From: the human T2T-CHM13v2.0 reference genome, Homo sapiens
Assembly (NCBI RefSeq): GCF_009914755.1
Contig: NC_060942.1
Reading direction: 5' to 3' (one strand)
DNA: 64,000 nt
Of this stretch, positions 41,050 through 55,074 are shown piece after piece. The notes beneath the pieces are model-generated. The model searched no databases, had not been told where the DNA came from, and saw only the letters and a program-made list of their open reading frames with translations. The position numbers were made by a program, and so were the translations under genes. The stretch's first letter is position 1, and the number at the start of each line of letters is the position of its first letter.

Positions 41050-43480
41050 CTTAGCCAGCATCTGCGGCAGTCAGGGTTCTTTACCTGGTGGGGTGAACTA
41101 CACCTTCAGACCTGAGCTTTCTGAGCTCTTTGCTATCCTGTATTTATTGGGTTGCTAGACTCGGAAGTACTACAATGCATCTCTGTAATTCCCAGGTCCT
41201 GGTCTTACTCCTCTCTCTCCCCACTGGGGAGAAACAATCTGATTTCTTCTTGAAAATGAGATTAATCAACCCAACCACATCAGAACCTCCCCATCTTATC
41301 CTGTGAGTTCAGTGGCATGAGGAATTCAAGGCAGTCTGGTGGCAATCTTAACCTCCAATCCACGGAACCATTGTTGTAATGGACACATTCCTCTCTTGAA
41401 ACAAGAACCGAGACATCTACACCAGCAGCCCTCAAGGCTGTAAAAATAGAAAGCAAAATCTCTTCAGACGAGTTCTTAGGTCCCACCCTATGGTTTCCAG
41501 ACCCATGCATGTTGGCTGTGGGAGAAGAGACGCCACCAATTATCCATGGTCTAAGACATAGATCCTGCAGGCCAGCATCCCAGCTTCTGGGCATGCTGCC
41601 TCCCAGCCAACACAAGCTGCTCCTGTTCTTTCAGGCCACCCGGTGGGGTGTGGTGGGCTATGACGAGCCCAACACTGCACTTCTTTACTCCCTCATGTAG
41701 GGTCCCATGACCACGGGTAACTCATGCCTGAAGCCCACAGACACATTTCAGTCAGGGAAGGCACATCCATACCCAGAACAAAGCCTTTCAGCTTGGGACA
41801 CATAAGCCCTCATGAGATGAGTGTGATGTAATCAATATACCACTGGCTTCTGGCAGCACTGCCCAGCCTCAGGCCACCGGGCCATAGCATCCTATCCTGG
41901 GCTCAGTCTCAGCCTAGCTGTAGGCAGATTGGGTCCTCAGCAGTGGTGGTACCAACATTGGCTTGAGAAGGAGGATGTCCATGCTGCTGAGCCTGTAGAC
42001 AGCTCTATCCCTGCCACCATGAGCCCATTGAATAGACACTGCAGTAGCTGGTAGAAGACACGGTTCTCCATAGAATGGGCCATCTTGTCTACTGGTTATA
42101 TCCTCTATGGTAGATATTCTTTGGAGCTCACTCACATGAAACACTCTCCTTCTGTGCCCATTCCAGGAGCAGCATCCATATATCTCCTCTTCTGATCACC
42201 AAGTCACCCATCTTCTATTTTTTTCTTTTAAACTCCATAAAAACTGCAGAGCCTTGCACTGCCCATGAATCAGGGAAAATCCACACCTCTGAGGATTTCT
42301 CCTCCCATGCAAAGTGAACAAGCACATACCCTTCTGCTGGGAGTTCTGCCCACAGAGGATTTTCTTTTACTTTTAACTTTCAGTGACTTCTCTGTATGGG
42401 GCTATAATGGCACAGCAGTCCCAGCCGAGCTAAAAATAATGTTGGCCACCATGACACCTGAGGTTTGGTCATCCAACCAAGAAAGGAACTAGAGCCACCT
42501 CCAGCTGCTACAGCTAGCCCATTAAATCTTGAGTCTTGAATAAGTGCACCCAAACCAATATACTTTTTGGTCCAATCCAAAGTTATATTTTACCCTATTA
42601 TGTGTAAGATCCATATAATCTATTTCCTCACATATTCCCCAGGGTTAGAAATTAGCAAACTAGTTTGTTGTAGAAGCTGCCTGCTCGGGAAGCAAAACTT
42701 GAAGTTCCTCGCCCTGCCCCATCCTCCTCAGAGAATGATGACACTTGACTCTGGTAATAGGTCTGGAGGCAAAGGTTGCAGTTCCCACAGATGGTGAGAA
42801 TGGCAACCAGCAGTTGCCATTCTTGAGGGCAACCAGCAGTCTTCACACAAGAAAAGCCTGCTTTCCTCAACCTAACAAATCTAGCAAGATAGGCTCCCAG
42901 GAATCAGGGGTGGGAGAGCCAAGATTCTTGGATTTCTTGAGTCTACTCAGATGTCTCTTTCCCAAGTCCCCAGGCCCCACCTCTTCCCCACTAATGCCAT
43001 GGATTTAATGTATGGATTTAGAAGCGTTGCCATTTCTGAAACCCATAGAGCTAGACACAGCTAGACATTGGACCTGACCTCCAGCCATGCCTGCCTTGTC
43101 CCTACATCATATAAGTTATTATTTTGAGGCTGATCTCTGGATATATTTGTGCCTTGAACCAAGATTTCCAGCTCTGAACTTGCTACTGGTTTTCTGAAAA
43201 GTCTCCATTACCAACAGATACCCCCCAATCCTTGTAATCATCATCACTTGCACATCATTCCAATTCAGCCTCTATATAATCTCCCTAAGCCTTGAACCCA
43301 ACCAACACCTCACCTCCAGCAGCAACAGGTGATGATTTAGTCAATGATAATGCAACTCCATGCCACAGGTGACTAGTGTCCCACCTTCCCTCTGCCAGAA
43401 CATCATCACTGTGTGCCCAAACAGATGAGCAATCCCGTTCCATGATCTTGTCTTAAAGATCTGATTTTGGCACTAATTCT
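41050..43480 (-). mobile_element. Decayed ERVL-class internal region (gag/pol remnants)
   Basis: Minus-strand translation near 41910-41995 gives AQQHGHPPSQANVGTTTAEDPICLQ, resembling the ERVL integrase zinc-finger region (AQQHGLPLTKADLATATAECPICQQ); many stops and frameshifts. Confidence 0.6.
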
Positions 43481-43481
43481 T

Positions 43482-43970
43482 GTATGAAGAACTCTATTAT
43501 TCAGAGTCCAACTTGAAAAGATCATTCCAGTATTTAAAGCAGAGGAAATCTAATGTAAGGAATTAGTTATACCGGTGGCAGAAGTGCAGAGAAACCAAAT
43601 CAAGGACACCAACAGGGATAAGCAACACAAGAAGGTACTGCCATCCTGGGCTAGAAGGAAAAAGGGGTTCCTGGTCCAGGATGCAGGGCCATCCGGTCAA
43701 GGTGGGAACCAGAGCAGGCCTGGCAGATAGAAGCTAGCACCACAGAGAAGATGCAGCCCCTGCCTGAGACCCCACACAAAACAGAGGGAAACTCCTGGCT
43801 CCTCCCTTCCCCATCTCTCCAACCTCCTGCCATTGTCTCAATGGCCAAACCAACTGTTCTGAGAGTCTAAAAAATTAAGCCTGCATTGAAGGCTGCAAAG
43901 AAGCCCGGGTGATACAGAGCTGAGCAGGGGACAAGTGAGGAATAGATCTGATTGCAGAAAATTCCAAGGA
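43482..43970 (-). mobile_element. Old ERVL LTR (LTR33-like), probable 5' LTR of the adjacent internal region
   Basis: cagtatttaaagcagaggaaatctaatgtaaggaattagtta resembles an antisense LTR33-type 3' end; abuts the internal sequence. Confidence 0.4.
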
Positions 43971-45589
43971 CCAGCAGCCCGTAGGGTGGGGTTAGGATAA
44001 CCAGAGTCAACATGCATAAAGGAAGTTTCACTCAAAAAAATTAGCTATGGCCTGTGTGGATTCTTTTGACTTTGAATGATGGTTGGAATAAACTCTTGTG
44101 ACTTGTAAATAGAAGTACTGAATGTGAGTCAACAACAGGCAGAAAGAAAACTGTGATGTCGGAAAAATCAAACAAGCAAATATTTATGTCAGATAAGAAG
44201 TTCATCAACCCCAATGTGATGATCTGGACAGAGTGGGTCCCTTTAATATACAAAATAGATGGATGTGGACTGGCTGGGTATAAACTTGAAATGGGGGCTG
44301 GGAGTCTCACCACCACCCTCACACTCACCATCCCTGAGAACCCTCTGAGTGCCAGCAGGTGTACTGAGAACCACACAAAGGTAAGCACGGATCACAGATT
44401 TAACACAACTCTGCAACCTTGTATCATTTTCAAGACACATGTGGCATCCCAAGAGATGTCAAATTCAACCCTCAGTACTGCACGAGGCTAAAATAGTGCA
44501 AACCAAAATTATAAAGCTGTAAGGGGTCTTAGAGATAAACTTGCCTATAAATGAGCCGTCTGACTCCAACCCACTATCTAATTTCAGGAGGCAGAGGTCA
44601 CAAATGTCCCTGATTTCAAGTTACTATTTCTTTCCTTTTTTTAAGGGATATCTGTCAACCTTGGTTCTCTTAAAACTGGCTCTTGTGCAACAAAATGTTG
44701 CTTGTTACCGGTTCAATATTTTACTGTTGAATACATCGGGGCCTAAAGAAGTTATGTGACTTGTCCAAGGTCACACAGTAACTTAAAGGCAAAATCGAAA
44801 TTTAAAACCTGCCCACCAACTTCTAATCCAGCAGCAACCCTTCTGTTTCAGCAAACGGTGGGTGTGGAGAAGCAGAGCTGTGCTGCCACCCGCAACCCTC
44901 AGAGTTATGAGGCAACAGCCTGTCGCTTTCCAAAATGTCCCATGAGGTCAGCTCTGCTGAGGGTTGTACCAGTCAAACCTGTGTTGCAAGATGGCTTCAA
45001 ATATCAATTAAGATTGTAACATGCTGGACTACAAATGAAAAATTCATGTGAGAAGAGATCTGAGTTTGGATAACTCTGGGTCTCGTTCAGAAAGAAAGTA
45101 TGTTGTGTTTCAAATATGACATTTTAAGTGCATTTACTTCTTTTTTGGATCAGCCTCTGATTCTGGGCTATTCTAGAATTTAGTGCAAACCTCTGCCATA
45201 GCACACGGCCCACTTGATTGCCTTTTCTTCATGCAACTGCCTTCCACCTGGCCTTGGTGCTTGCAACTCTGTATCTCTAGTGATTAGCATAGATTTCAAC
45301 CCATAGTAGTACCTCATCAATATTTACTCGACAAATGAGTATATAAATGAGTAAATGATCAATCATCACACCTTCTAGAGATTGACAGCTCCAAAATTTG
45401 TCAATATGATGTGTCATGTGTACATTTTTTCCTGATGTATTCCTTCAACCAGGTGATACATGTAAAGCAGTAACAAATTAGATTAACAGTCCTTAATAAA
45501 GATTGCTAGAAAACTAAGAGCCAAGAAATAAATTCATAATTTCAAAAATATCTGCTTGAAGAGTATTTGTAGATAGTTTATCACCATAT

Positions 45590-46353
45590 ATATATACTGT
45601 ATATATACTGTATATATAGTATATATATACTATATATACTATATACAGTATATATATACTATATACGGTATATATATACTATATATATACCGTATATAGT
45701 ATATATATACTATATATACTATATATAATATATATATACTATATATACTATATATAATATATATAGTATATATATATAAAAAAAACATAATATATATAGT
45801 ATACATAATATATACTATATATACTATATATAGTATATATATAATATATACTATATATACTATATATAGTATACATAATATATACTATATATACTATATA
45901 TAGTATATATATACTATATATATTATATATAGTATATATTATATATATACTATATATATTAATATAGTATATATTATATATACTATATATATAATATATA
46001 TACTATATATAATATATACTATATATATAATATATATACTATATATATAATATATATACTATATATATAATATATAGTATATATATAATATATATAGTAT
46101 ATATATAATATATACTATATATAATATATATATACTATATATATAATATATATAGTATATATATATTATATATAGTATATATATATACTATATATATTAT
46201 ATATATAGTATATATATATATACTATATATATTATATATATAGTATATATATATACTATATACTATATATATACTATAGTATATATATATACTATATACT
46301 ATATATATACTATAGTATATATATATACTATATACTATATATATAATATATAT
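45590..46353. repeat. AT-rich (TA)n-derived array of ~765 bp with TAC/GTA interruptions
   Basis: Directly visible; almost entirely A/T and internally palindromic. Confidence 0.97.
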
Positions 46354-46354
46354 A

Positions 46355-46659
<305 letters not shown>

Positions 46660-46675
46660 GTTTATCACCATATTA

Positions 46676-47013
46676 TATCCGCCTTATCTGTGGTTTTAGT
46701 TAACCGCATTCAATCATGGTCTGAAAATATTAAATGAAAATGTCCAGAAATCAATAATTCACAAGTGTTAAATTGTGCGCCATTCTGAGTAGTGTGATGA
46801 AATCTCTCACCATCCCGCTCTGTCCTGCCCGGGATGTGAATCACCCTTTGTCCAGCACATCCGTGCTGTATACACTCCCTGCCCCCATTTGTCATTTTGT
46901 AGCTGCCTTGGTTATGAGACTGAAGAAAACATGGTATAGATAGGATTCAGCCAAGGTTTCAAGCATCTGCTGTGGGTCTTGGAACATATACCCTGGTGAT
47001 AGGGGGGCTACTG
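46676..47013 (+). mobile_element. TcMar-Tigger relic, MER44A-like
   Basis: ccttatctgtggttt...ctgaaaatattaaatgaaaa...cattctgagtagtgtgatgaaatctc...ggggggctactgta. Confidence 0.75.
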
Positions 47014-47257
47014 TATTAACTCCATATAAAGTGATAATATGAAAATGACTAATTTTAATTCAGAAATCTGTCTTAAGTGTTTTAACATTGCCTTTGATAT
47101 TCTGTTTTTAATTTATTAAGGCTTCATTGAGCGATTCATTTAGAAAATTATTTTTAAATAGAACAATGAAAAGATGAACTCCAATGAGAGCATTAGCACT
47201 AATACCAATTTGTTGGAGTCTAAATTAATGAGGTTGCATTGTTGCCAGACAAATACA

Positions 47258-47720
47258 AGCCTTTCAAACTCAGCACCCCCTGAAAGTAGACCCTGGGACA
47301 AGTCTGCAAGTGCAAATCCTTTATTTGGGAGGTGACCCCAGAGTGGGGACGTGAAACAGGGGAGGGAAGAGAGGCAATGAAGCCTGGGACAGTGCCACAG
47401 ACAGCTGGTGCTCACCCTAGCAGGGGCTCCAGAGAGGGCATGGAGCCCGGGCATTGTCCCTGGTGGAAGGGAGGAAGCCAGGGTATTTACCCACCAACTC
47501 TTGCCCTTGTTGACTGAGATCACTCCTGGGGGCATCACCTCCCTGGCCCTCTGCGCCTGCCAGTGATCATTTCATGGCAGAGCCAGAGAGTGCCCTCCCT
47601 CAGGGAGAGAGATGCAGGAAGCCAACAGCCCCAAAGGGAATGCCCCAAGGTGATTTCCTGGTAGGGAGAGGACCTGGTTGGGGTACTGAGCCAGGCTTGG
47701 GAACACTGGAGCAGCTACAC
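47258..47720 (-). mobile_element. Old ERVL LTR, LTR16-like
   Basis: agaccctgggacaag...tttatttgggaggtgacccca...gggtatttacccaccaactc. Confidence 0.65.
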
Positions 47721-48087
47721 ATACTTAGGTACCATCATCCCTTCTAGTTATTTTCTAGAACCCCCATACCACAGAGTTATTCTCCCCTAGAACTTGAAAG
47801 GGCCCCAGCTTCCCTGAATGGCTCTGGCCACCCAAGGTGCAGTGAGGTGCATGGTCTCATGATGACAGTGTTTTCTGCTATATTATAATTAATGAAAACC
47901 ATGCATTCCAGTGATCTATACTTCTTTACTAGAATGCCATTTTGGAAACAAATATGAAAAATCCAAGAGACCAAAAGAACAGGCTCACGCTTCAAACCAA
48001 AACAGGAAAAGCTGCTTATTATCTAATATACGTAATATAATGAACTATTCAAATAATGTCAATTGTACTAGAAAAAAATATCCTTTA

Positions 48088-48371
48088 GGCCTGGTGTGGT
48101 GGCTCACACCTATAATCCCAGCACTTTGGGAGGCCGAGGTGGGCAGATCACGAGGTCAGGAGTTTGAGACCAGCCTGACCAACATGGTGGAACCCCATCT
48201 CTACTAAAAATTAGCCAGGTGTGGTGGCGTGTGCCTGTAATCCCAGCTACTCAGGAGGCTGAGGCAGAATTGCTTGAACTTGGGAGGCAGAGGTTACAGT
48301 GAGCCGAGATCGCGCCACTGCACTCCAGCCTGGGCGAGAGAGCAAGACTCCGTCTCAAAAAAAAAAAAAAC
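48088..48371 (+). mobile_element. AluS (AluSg-like)
   Basis: Dimer with a shortened linker; TSD aaaaatatccttta. Confidence 0.95.
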
Positions 48372-48475
48372 AAAAAATATCCTTTAGCTCAACCACTGGC
48401 TGCCTACCTACTAAGAATTACCAGTTTGCCCCTTTTGGCACTTCAGGGAAATCAAAAAGGAGAAAGAAATGCTGG

Positions 48476-48817
48476 TGATATGGTTTGGCTGTGTCCCTAC
48501 CCAAATCTCATCTTGAATTTTACACGTTGTGGAAGGGACCCAGTGGGAGGTAATTGAATCATGGGGGTAGGTCTTTCCCGTGCTGTTCTCATGATAGTGA
48601 ATAATTCTCACGAGATCTGATGGTTTTAAAAACCCATCGTTTTAAAAAAGTCTCCCTGCACAATCTCTCGTCTCCTGTCTGCCACCACATGAGACATGCC
48701 TTTCACCTTCCGCCATGATTGTGAGATGTCTCCAGCCACGTGGAACTGTAAGTTCATTCAACCTTTTTTTAATTCCCGGGTATGTCTTTATCAGCAGCGT
48801 GAACATGGACTAATACA
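48476..48817 (+). mobile_element. MaLR solo LTR, THE1B-like
   Basis: TGATATGGTTTGGCTGTGTCCC...GGACTAATACA; perfect 5-bp TSD GCTGG. Confidence 0.92.
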
Positions 48818-50444
48818 GCTGGCCTTCCCTGCTCAGGTGAGAAGGAGAGAAGGAGGGGCCCGAGTGGGGCAGGGAGGGGAAGTAGCCCAATAGCACTGCC
48901 TGGGCTCACGTGAGGACCAGTGCCAGTCCCTTTCCATCTTCACACAGGCTGCGGGCAGGGGGTGCTGCCTGAGTTGGGAAGTAAGGCAAGTTTTACTGAG
49001 AAAGGGGCCTGTGTACAGCAGCTATTTTCAGGCGCTCAGAGGTATTTTTGTTTTGTGCATTCACAGACATTTTCACAAATGGCCTACAGGAATATTGTGC
49101 TTACCTGAACACGTGGGTTTCCTGCTTTACGGACAGCTTTCAGTTTGGTCTGTGCTGTGGTGAACATCCCCATGAGTCCCTGGGCTTCCAGGGCCCCCTT
49201 CCTGTCAGCGTCATGCAGTCAGCAAGCTCCCCTTCTTCCCCCATGCTGGGCCTGAGACCCCCAGCTCCTCCCGGGGCTCTCCCCTCTTCCCCACTTGGTG
49301 CCCTTTTGGAAATTAGACCAAAAATACACTTTGTAGGCCCCCATCAGGATCAGATGGCTTTAGATCCTGTTCTCCCCACTTGCAACCTTTTCATTTAGGA
49401 CTTTCATCTAAGACTGGTTGTGAAGACGGGAATTCAGCGCGCCATGCAGGGGACTCACTAGGCCCCAGGTGGGAACCCCATCCCCTCCTCAGGCGTTTTT
49501 GCTTCATGCTTATATCCGTGTCATCATCGGGCCTCTTATGCTGGCATTTTGTTTGTGTGTTCTCTCTCGCTTAACAAACTCACTCCTAACAGTTTAAAGA
49601 AGTGGCCTCTCAATTTCTAGAGAATCAAAACAGCAGTAAATCTCCTTCTTCTGAAAACGTATTCCAAAACGCTATTTGGTTATTCTCGTCTTTTCTGTGG
49701 TAAGAATGCAAATAGGACTCTACTTCATTCAGAGAGCAAAAGACTCAGGGAAGTTAAATAATTTATGGAAATATTTAGAAAAGAAAAAGAAAGGTACAGA
49801 TATGAGCTTTCTGCCAAGTTTTTTCTTTTTCTTTTTTTCTTTTTTTAATTATAGGCCTTTATTGGCTCCAGACAGGGAGGTTCTGATAAGCCCAGGAAGG
49901 AAAGCTAATGAAAATCTCTTCCTTAGGGTACCTACCAGTTTTCTCATTAGAAAGCATATCTCAAATATCAAAGATTCATTTTCACTTGTTTTTATGAAGG
50001 ACTTGGAACCTTGGTGAAAGGTTATTTTACACGTTCAAATCTTACTTTAGAATAATTAATTTAGTCATTCAACAAATATTTGAATGCACACCATATGATA
50101 GGCACATGCTGGATCCTGCTGATGGAAACCTAAACAAGTCAGACGATGCCACCCTTGTGGGGCTCAGAATGTACCCATTTAATTGCAATGTGATGTGTTT
50201 CATATTCTTAACCACCTAGAGGCTCATCTGTAAATGAGGTCCTATACTTTTTCTAATCTACTGAAACGTGGCCATCCATCGACCTCCAGGAATATAAAAC
50301 AGAGGCAGGGAAATCAAGCCAATCCATTTATACAAGTTTTAAGTGCATACAAAAAAAAAAAAAAGGAAATTTAGGCTATCATCTAAAATGACCTTGATGG
50401 GTCCAATACCAAGAAAAATAGGATAGCACATAGTAGGTGTTCAT

Positions 50445-51690
50445 TTTTTTAACTTTTTCTTTGCAAATAATTTCAAACTTACAGAAGAGTCTCGAGAAAA
50501 ACAATTGCTCAAAAAACACCCCCACACCCATTACCCAGATTTCTTACGATTCACATTGTATCCCATTTGCTTTCTCACTTGCTATTACTGTGTATATAAT
50601 TTTTCTGAACCATTTGAGAATATGTTGCACACGTCATGGCCCTTTCCCCCTAAACTGCATTTCCTCAGAGCAGAGACAGTCTTGCATGACGATAAAACAA
50701 TCTTGTTTTGTAATTCTTCCAATTTTGTAATTGTTCCACTGAAGTTCTTTATAGAATTTTGGCCTCCAGGGCAGGATACTACCCTGGATCTGGTCCTGCA
50801 TCCATTTTCGTGTCTCCTTAGTCATCTTTCATCTGAGACATTTGCACAGCCTTTATCTTTTATGACATTGCATTTCTGAAGAACAGCCTCCTCCTCCCAT
50901 TTTAAATAGAATTGCTTTCATGTGGAGTTTGTCTGATGCATTTCTGGCCAGTGAATGACATAAGTGGTGCTGCATCTTTCTAGGGCATCCTACCTGGAGA
51001 TGTTCGCCATCCATTGTCCCTCCTTGGTGATGCTTATTCATAGCACAAGTCAAGGCATTTCTCCTCTGCATACTTACTATGAGTTTCCTTGCAATGAGAA
51101 ACCAGTCTATGGAGAGACACTAGGAGACCACATACATATCATGATCCTCATAAAAATTTCCCCTTAGACTTAGTATCCACCCAAGATTCCTGCCTGAACC
51201 AGCCTTCATGGTGATGATGAAAATGATGATGGAAATGATTTTCCATCTCCCACACCACTCCATGTTTACCATCAGCACTTGCCATTCCTAGGCACAAGAG
51301 CCCTCCTCTCTCCCCGCTTTATTTTTCCTTTTATTATCGTTGTGTACCTGAGGATTCCTATTTTTCCAGTGGCTTCTCAGGCATTCCTGGACTTCATTGT
51401 TTGAGTGCTCAAATTGTGCCCGACTCGGTCAATGGGAGACCTTCAAGTTGTCCCCCTGCCCACCAGCATATCCTTCTGATAGGCCTCAGCTTTTTATATC
51501 ACTCCTTATGTTGTGGCATAAGGGACTCCATATTGACCCTATCTCTACCCTGTCCTAGCCATAAAATCAGCCATTCTCTGATGGACCCCTGGCTCCTGTT
51601 AGTGGGGAATAGCACTACAGACCAAGGTGCGGGCACTGGGTGTGCTCATAGTTGCTGAGGGGCGTTTGCTTCTGGGCCCTTTCAGGGGAC
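50445..51690 (-). mobile_element. Old L1 (L1MC-like) 3' UTR
   Basis: ttttctttgcaaataatttcaaacttacagaa start and ctgggtgtgctcat...ttgcttctgggccctttcag end are L1MC-type motifs. Confidence 0.65.
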
Positions 51691-52468
51691 ATCGTGCTCA
51701 ACAATTGTTGGAATGCATGAGCAAAGGCATGCATTTTATTGAGATGTCCTTACCAAGAGCTCATTTTGTCTGAACCAGCACTATGAAACAAGAGTATGTT
51801 CTCTCTTGGGAACAGAGTCCTAGAGGTTGGGAGAACAGTAGAAAGTTGACCAGAATCTGCGATACAGGCTGGGGGTTCCCTGCACAGGCGCTGAAGCGCA
51901 TGGCCTCCGTGGAGGAAACCAATGAGAAGGGCTCCACTCGGGACAGAGGCTCCAAGAACTGTTCCCTAGCTCTGCCCACTTGGCTTTCATCTTTGTCGTG
52001 GTTTTGGACAGAAAGCCACCAGGTTGCTTTAACTAGAAAACAGAGCAGTGCACTTTCTGGGACACTAGTGGAATCAGGGGATCCACAAGAATCCTCCATT
52101 TGCTGTTGTGACAATTACAAGAATTCAGTGACACTCCAGGATGCCCCATGCCCCACGTGTATTCCCAGGCACGAATCTAGATCTGCACTGGCACCAAAGA
52201 GCACACAGTCTGTTTGTCCTTTTTTAAAAAACATTTTATTGTGAACAATTTACATCATGGAAGAACACGGAAGAACGTGTAGCCTCACCTGCCATTCTTA
52301 TTTCATCTACCACCCCTATCCGCACCCATGCTTTCGTCAAGAAAACGTTAAGGAAAATTGTAAACACACATCCATTTGCATCTAACATTAAGGACAATAC
52401 TGTCCTTATAGCCCACAAAATGTAAAGTAATAGTCTAATTATCTAATATAATTATCTAATTATAGTAC

Positions 52469-53330
52469 TGTTAACTTTAAAAGAAAACCTATAATACATA
52501 TATTTAGAAAAGGAGAAATTTTATTTTATTTTTTATTAAAGGGTTTCAGCCTGCAAGGTGGCCATTCTTCTGGCTGGGAAGATGCCTCCAGCCAAGACCA
52601 GAGACAGGCACTTCCAGGAGGGTTTGGGATAGGAGCTTTATGTTTAAGGTTAACTAGACATACATATTCAGCAGGATATAGGAAGAGCTATGAATACTCA
52701 TGAAGGCGGTCCTGACACGTGCATATGTAACATGTATCAACATATGACCCGTGTTCACTTTGGGCTGGAGATTAACGTTCACATTTATTGCAATTAGGCC
52801 GTATGTGTGAAAAGGGCTGTTCAGGACCAAAGGTTCTCAGGTGTGCAGCCTCTGTAAACTTATCAGGAGAAAGTTACTGAAATCAGTCTCTTGTCCAATC
52901 AGAGCTGTAGCTGTGACTGGTGGAACAGGGGTCAATTAGTCAGCATCTGGTGCAATTGATTTAACAGTGCTTATCTCAAGGCCAGTGCTTGTTTGGCTGC
53001 TAGAGAAAGAGAAAACCTTGTGGCAGTGAGAACATAGCTTATTCTTTCAGCATAAGGAGCGCGACTTAACCCTTGCCTGGCAGGGCCCTAGGTCCTGTTT
53101 CTAATTTGTTATCTTACTGCGTGCTGTCCTATCAGTCTTTCTGATCTCCATTTTAGCATTAATGCTGATTGGCTGTTGTGTCTAAACTGCAAAGAAAGGG
53201 GTTATAACCAGGCATGTCTGCCTTGTCCTGTAGTCATGGCTGGGCATGTTTTAAAGTTTTTTCTGGGGTCCCCTTGGCCAAGAGGGGGTCCATTCATATA
53301 GGTGAGTTAGGATGTTATTTTTAGTTTGTA
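52469..53330 (-). mobile_element. ERV1 solo LTR of the MER4 group (MER49/MER4D-like), inserted in an old L1 fragment
   Basis: Antisense start ...AAACTAAAAATAACATCCTAA...GAATGGACCCCCTCTTGGCCAAGGGGACCCCAG. Confidence 0.7.
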
Positions 53331-54278
53331 GTGTCCAGCCCATGCTTCACATTCTTCAATTATCTCATAAAATGTCTTTTTACACTTTGTTTAAATTGGG
53401 ATCTAAACAAACAAGACGTATACATAACACTGGATGGATACACAGCTTGAGTATTTCAACCCATAATAGTTTCCCTTTTATGTAGAGCCATTTATTTGTT
53501 GAAGAGACTGTGGGGGACCTTATCAAATTTCCCACAGCCTTGACATGGCTGGTTGTCAAGTAGCTCCTCATATATAAGGGATGTTTAGGTCAGGAAAAAT
53601 TGTCCAGAGGCGAACCCGAATAAATGAGTGGTGAACCTGGTGGGTGATGCGGCGACAAGAAGCATGGTGATAAAAATCCATGGGAATGGGAAGAAAGGAA
53701 GGGGAGAGGCAGACTGCATTTCTGACCAAGGAAAAGCCTCTAGGAACCATGACACCAGGGTCTGCTGAAAGAAAGCTGGTAGCTGATGGCCAGACACCAG
53801 TGGGCTGGCGCACATTGATTACAAGAAAATCAAAGTCCTAAAAATAAAAAAGAGAGAAAAAGAAAATCGAAGTCCTTCCTGTAAAGGTTGTGGAAGGAGG
53901 TCAGGCTTTCTACAGGCTTCCATGGTGGACCTTGGCCAGCATTCAGTCTGGTCATCGTTCTCTCCAACGTGGCTCATGTTACCAGGAAGTATCTGTGTTG
54001 GAATTATTCTTACCATGGAAAGAAAACTCCTCAGCTTACCTTTACAGCCTTTCAAACAAATAAAACCCATCTTAAAACCACTTGTCTTTTTGTGTTCATT
54101 TTTATTTAATTTACACCTTTACCTTAATCTTGTTTTCAGTATCTGGATATGGTATGAGGCCAAGATCCACGAGAACAGGCACAATGTGGCTAAAGACCCA
54201 GTGACCATGCAGGACGATAAGGACAATTCCGACCCTCCCAGACCGGGCGTCCCAAAGAGGACACACCCATCTCTTTTC

Positions 54279-54699
54279 TGGATTCATGTCCTAGGGCTGC
54301 CATTAGAAAACACCACAAATGGGGTGGCTTGAAACCATAGACATGGGTTCTCTCATAGTTCAACGGCCCGAAGTCTGAAATCCAGGTGTCGTGGGGCCGC
54401 GCTCCCTCTGAGGCCTGTAGGGGAGAATCCTTCTTGCCTCCCGGCTTCTGGCATTTGCAGTCAATCCTTGGCATTCCTTAGCTTGAAGGTCACTCCAATT
54501 TCTGCCTTGTCATTTGGAATGCTCTGTATGTCTCTGTCTTCTTATAAGGGCACCAGTCATATTGGATGAGGGGCCCACCCTACCCCAGTATAACCTCAAC
54601 TTATGAATTTCACCAGCGGCGACCCTAGTTCCAAGTAAGGTCACATTGCCAGGTACTAGGGGTTAGGACTTCAATGTAGACATAATTCCACCCATATCA
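54279..54699 (-). mobile_element. MaLR LTR, MLT1B/C-like
   Basis: ctagggctgccatt...caccacaaatggggtggcttgaaac...aaggtcacattgccaggtactaggggttaggacttcaa. Confidence 0.8.
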
Positions 54700-55074
54700 T
54701 CCCCCTTTCATAAGCGAGCTTAATATGACTTAAGCATGCAGCTGTAGCTCCAAATAAAATGTAGACCATCAAACTCCCTCTCCCCTTACAGTAATGTATC
54801 TGCCTTGTCCAGACTCACATATGCAATTCTACAGGCTACCAATGTTTTGAGGTATTGTACGATGCCACCCTCGTGGAAAGCAGCATGTCAACGTTAAGCC
54901 ATCCACCTGCACAGTGTGAACATCTGAGCTCCCTTCCTGTATGCCAGGGTTAAAAGGCTCTAAGAGAAGTGGTCAAGGAGAGAGTATAGAGCTGCTTGGT
55001 GCTGGAGGGGAAAAAAATGAACTCAGAAAGCAAAGCCAGGCTCCCTGAAACCTGCACCTTTGAGAAGAAAGGAG

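Noticed and set aside
48720-48745. PRDM9 hotspot motif in the THE1 LTR
   Set aside because: The homologous site reads atgtctccagccac, not CCTCCCTNNCCAC.
54861-54877. Second CTCF-like site (TGCCACCCTCGTGGA)
   Set aside because: The spacing is off by one base relative to the CTCF core.
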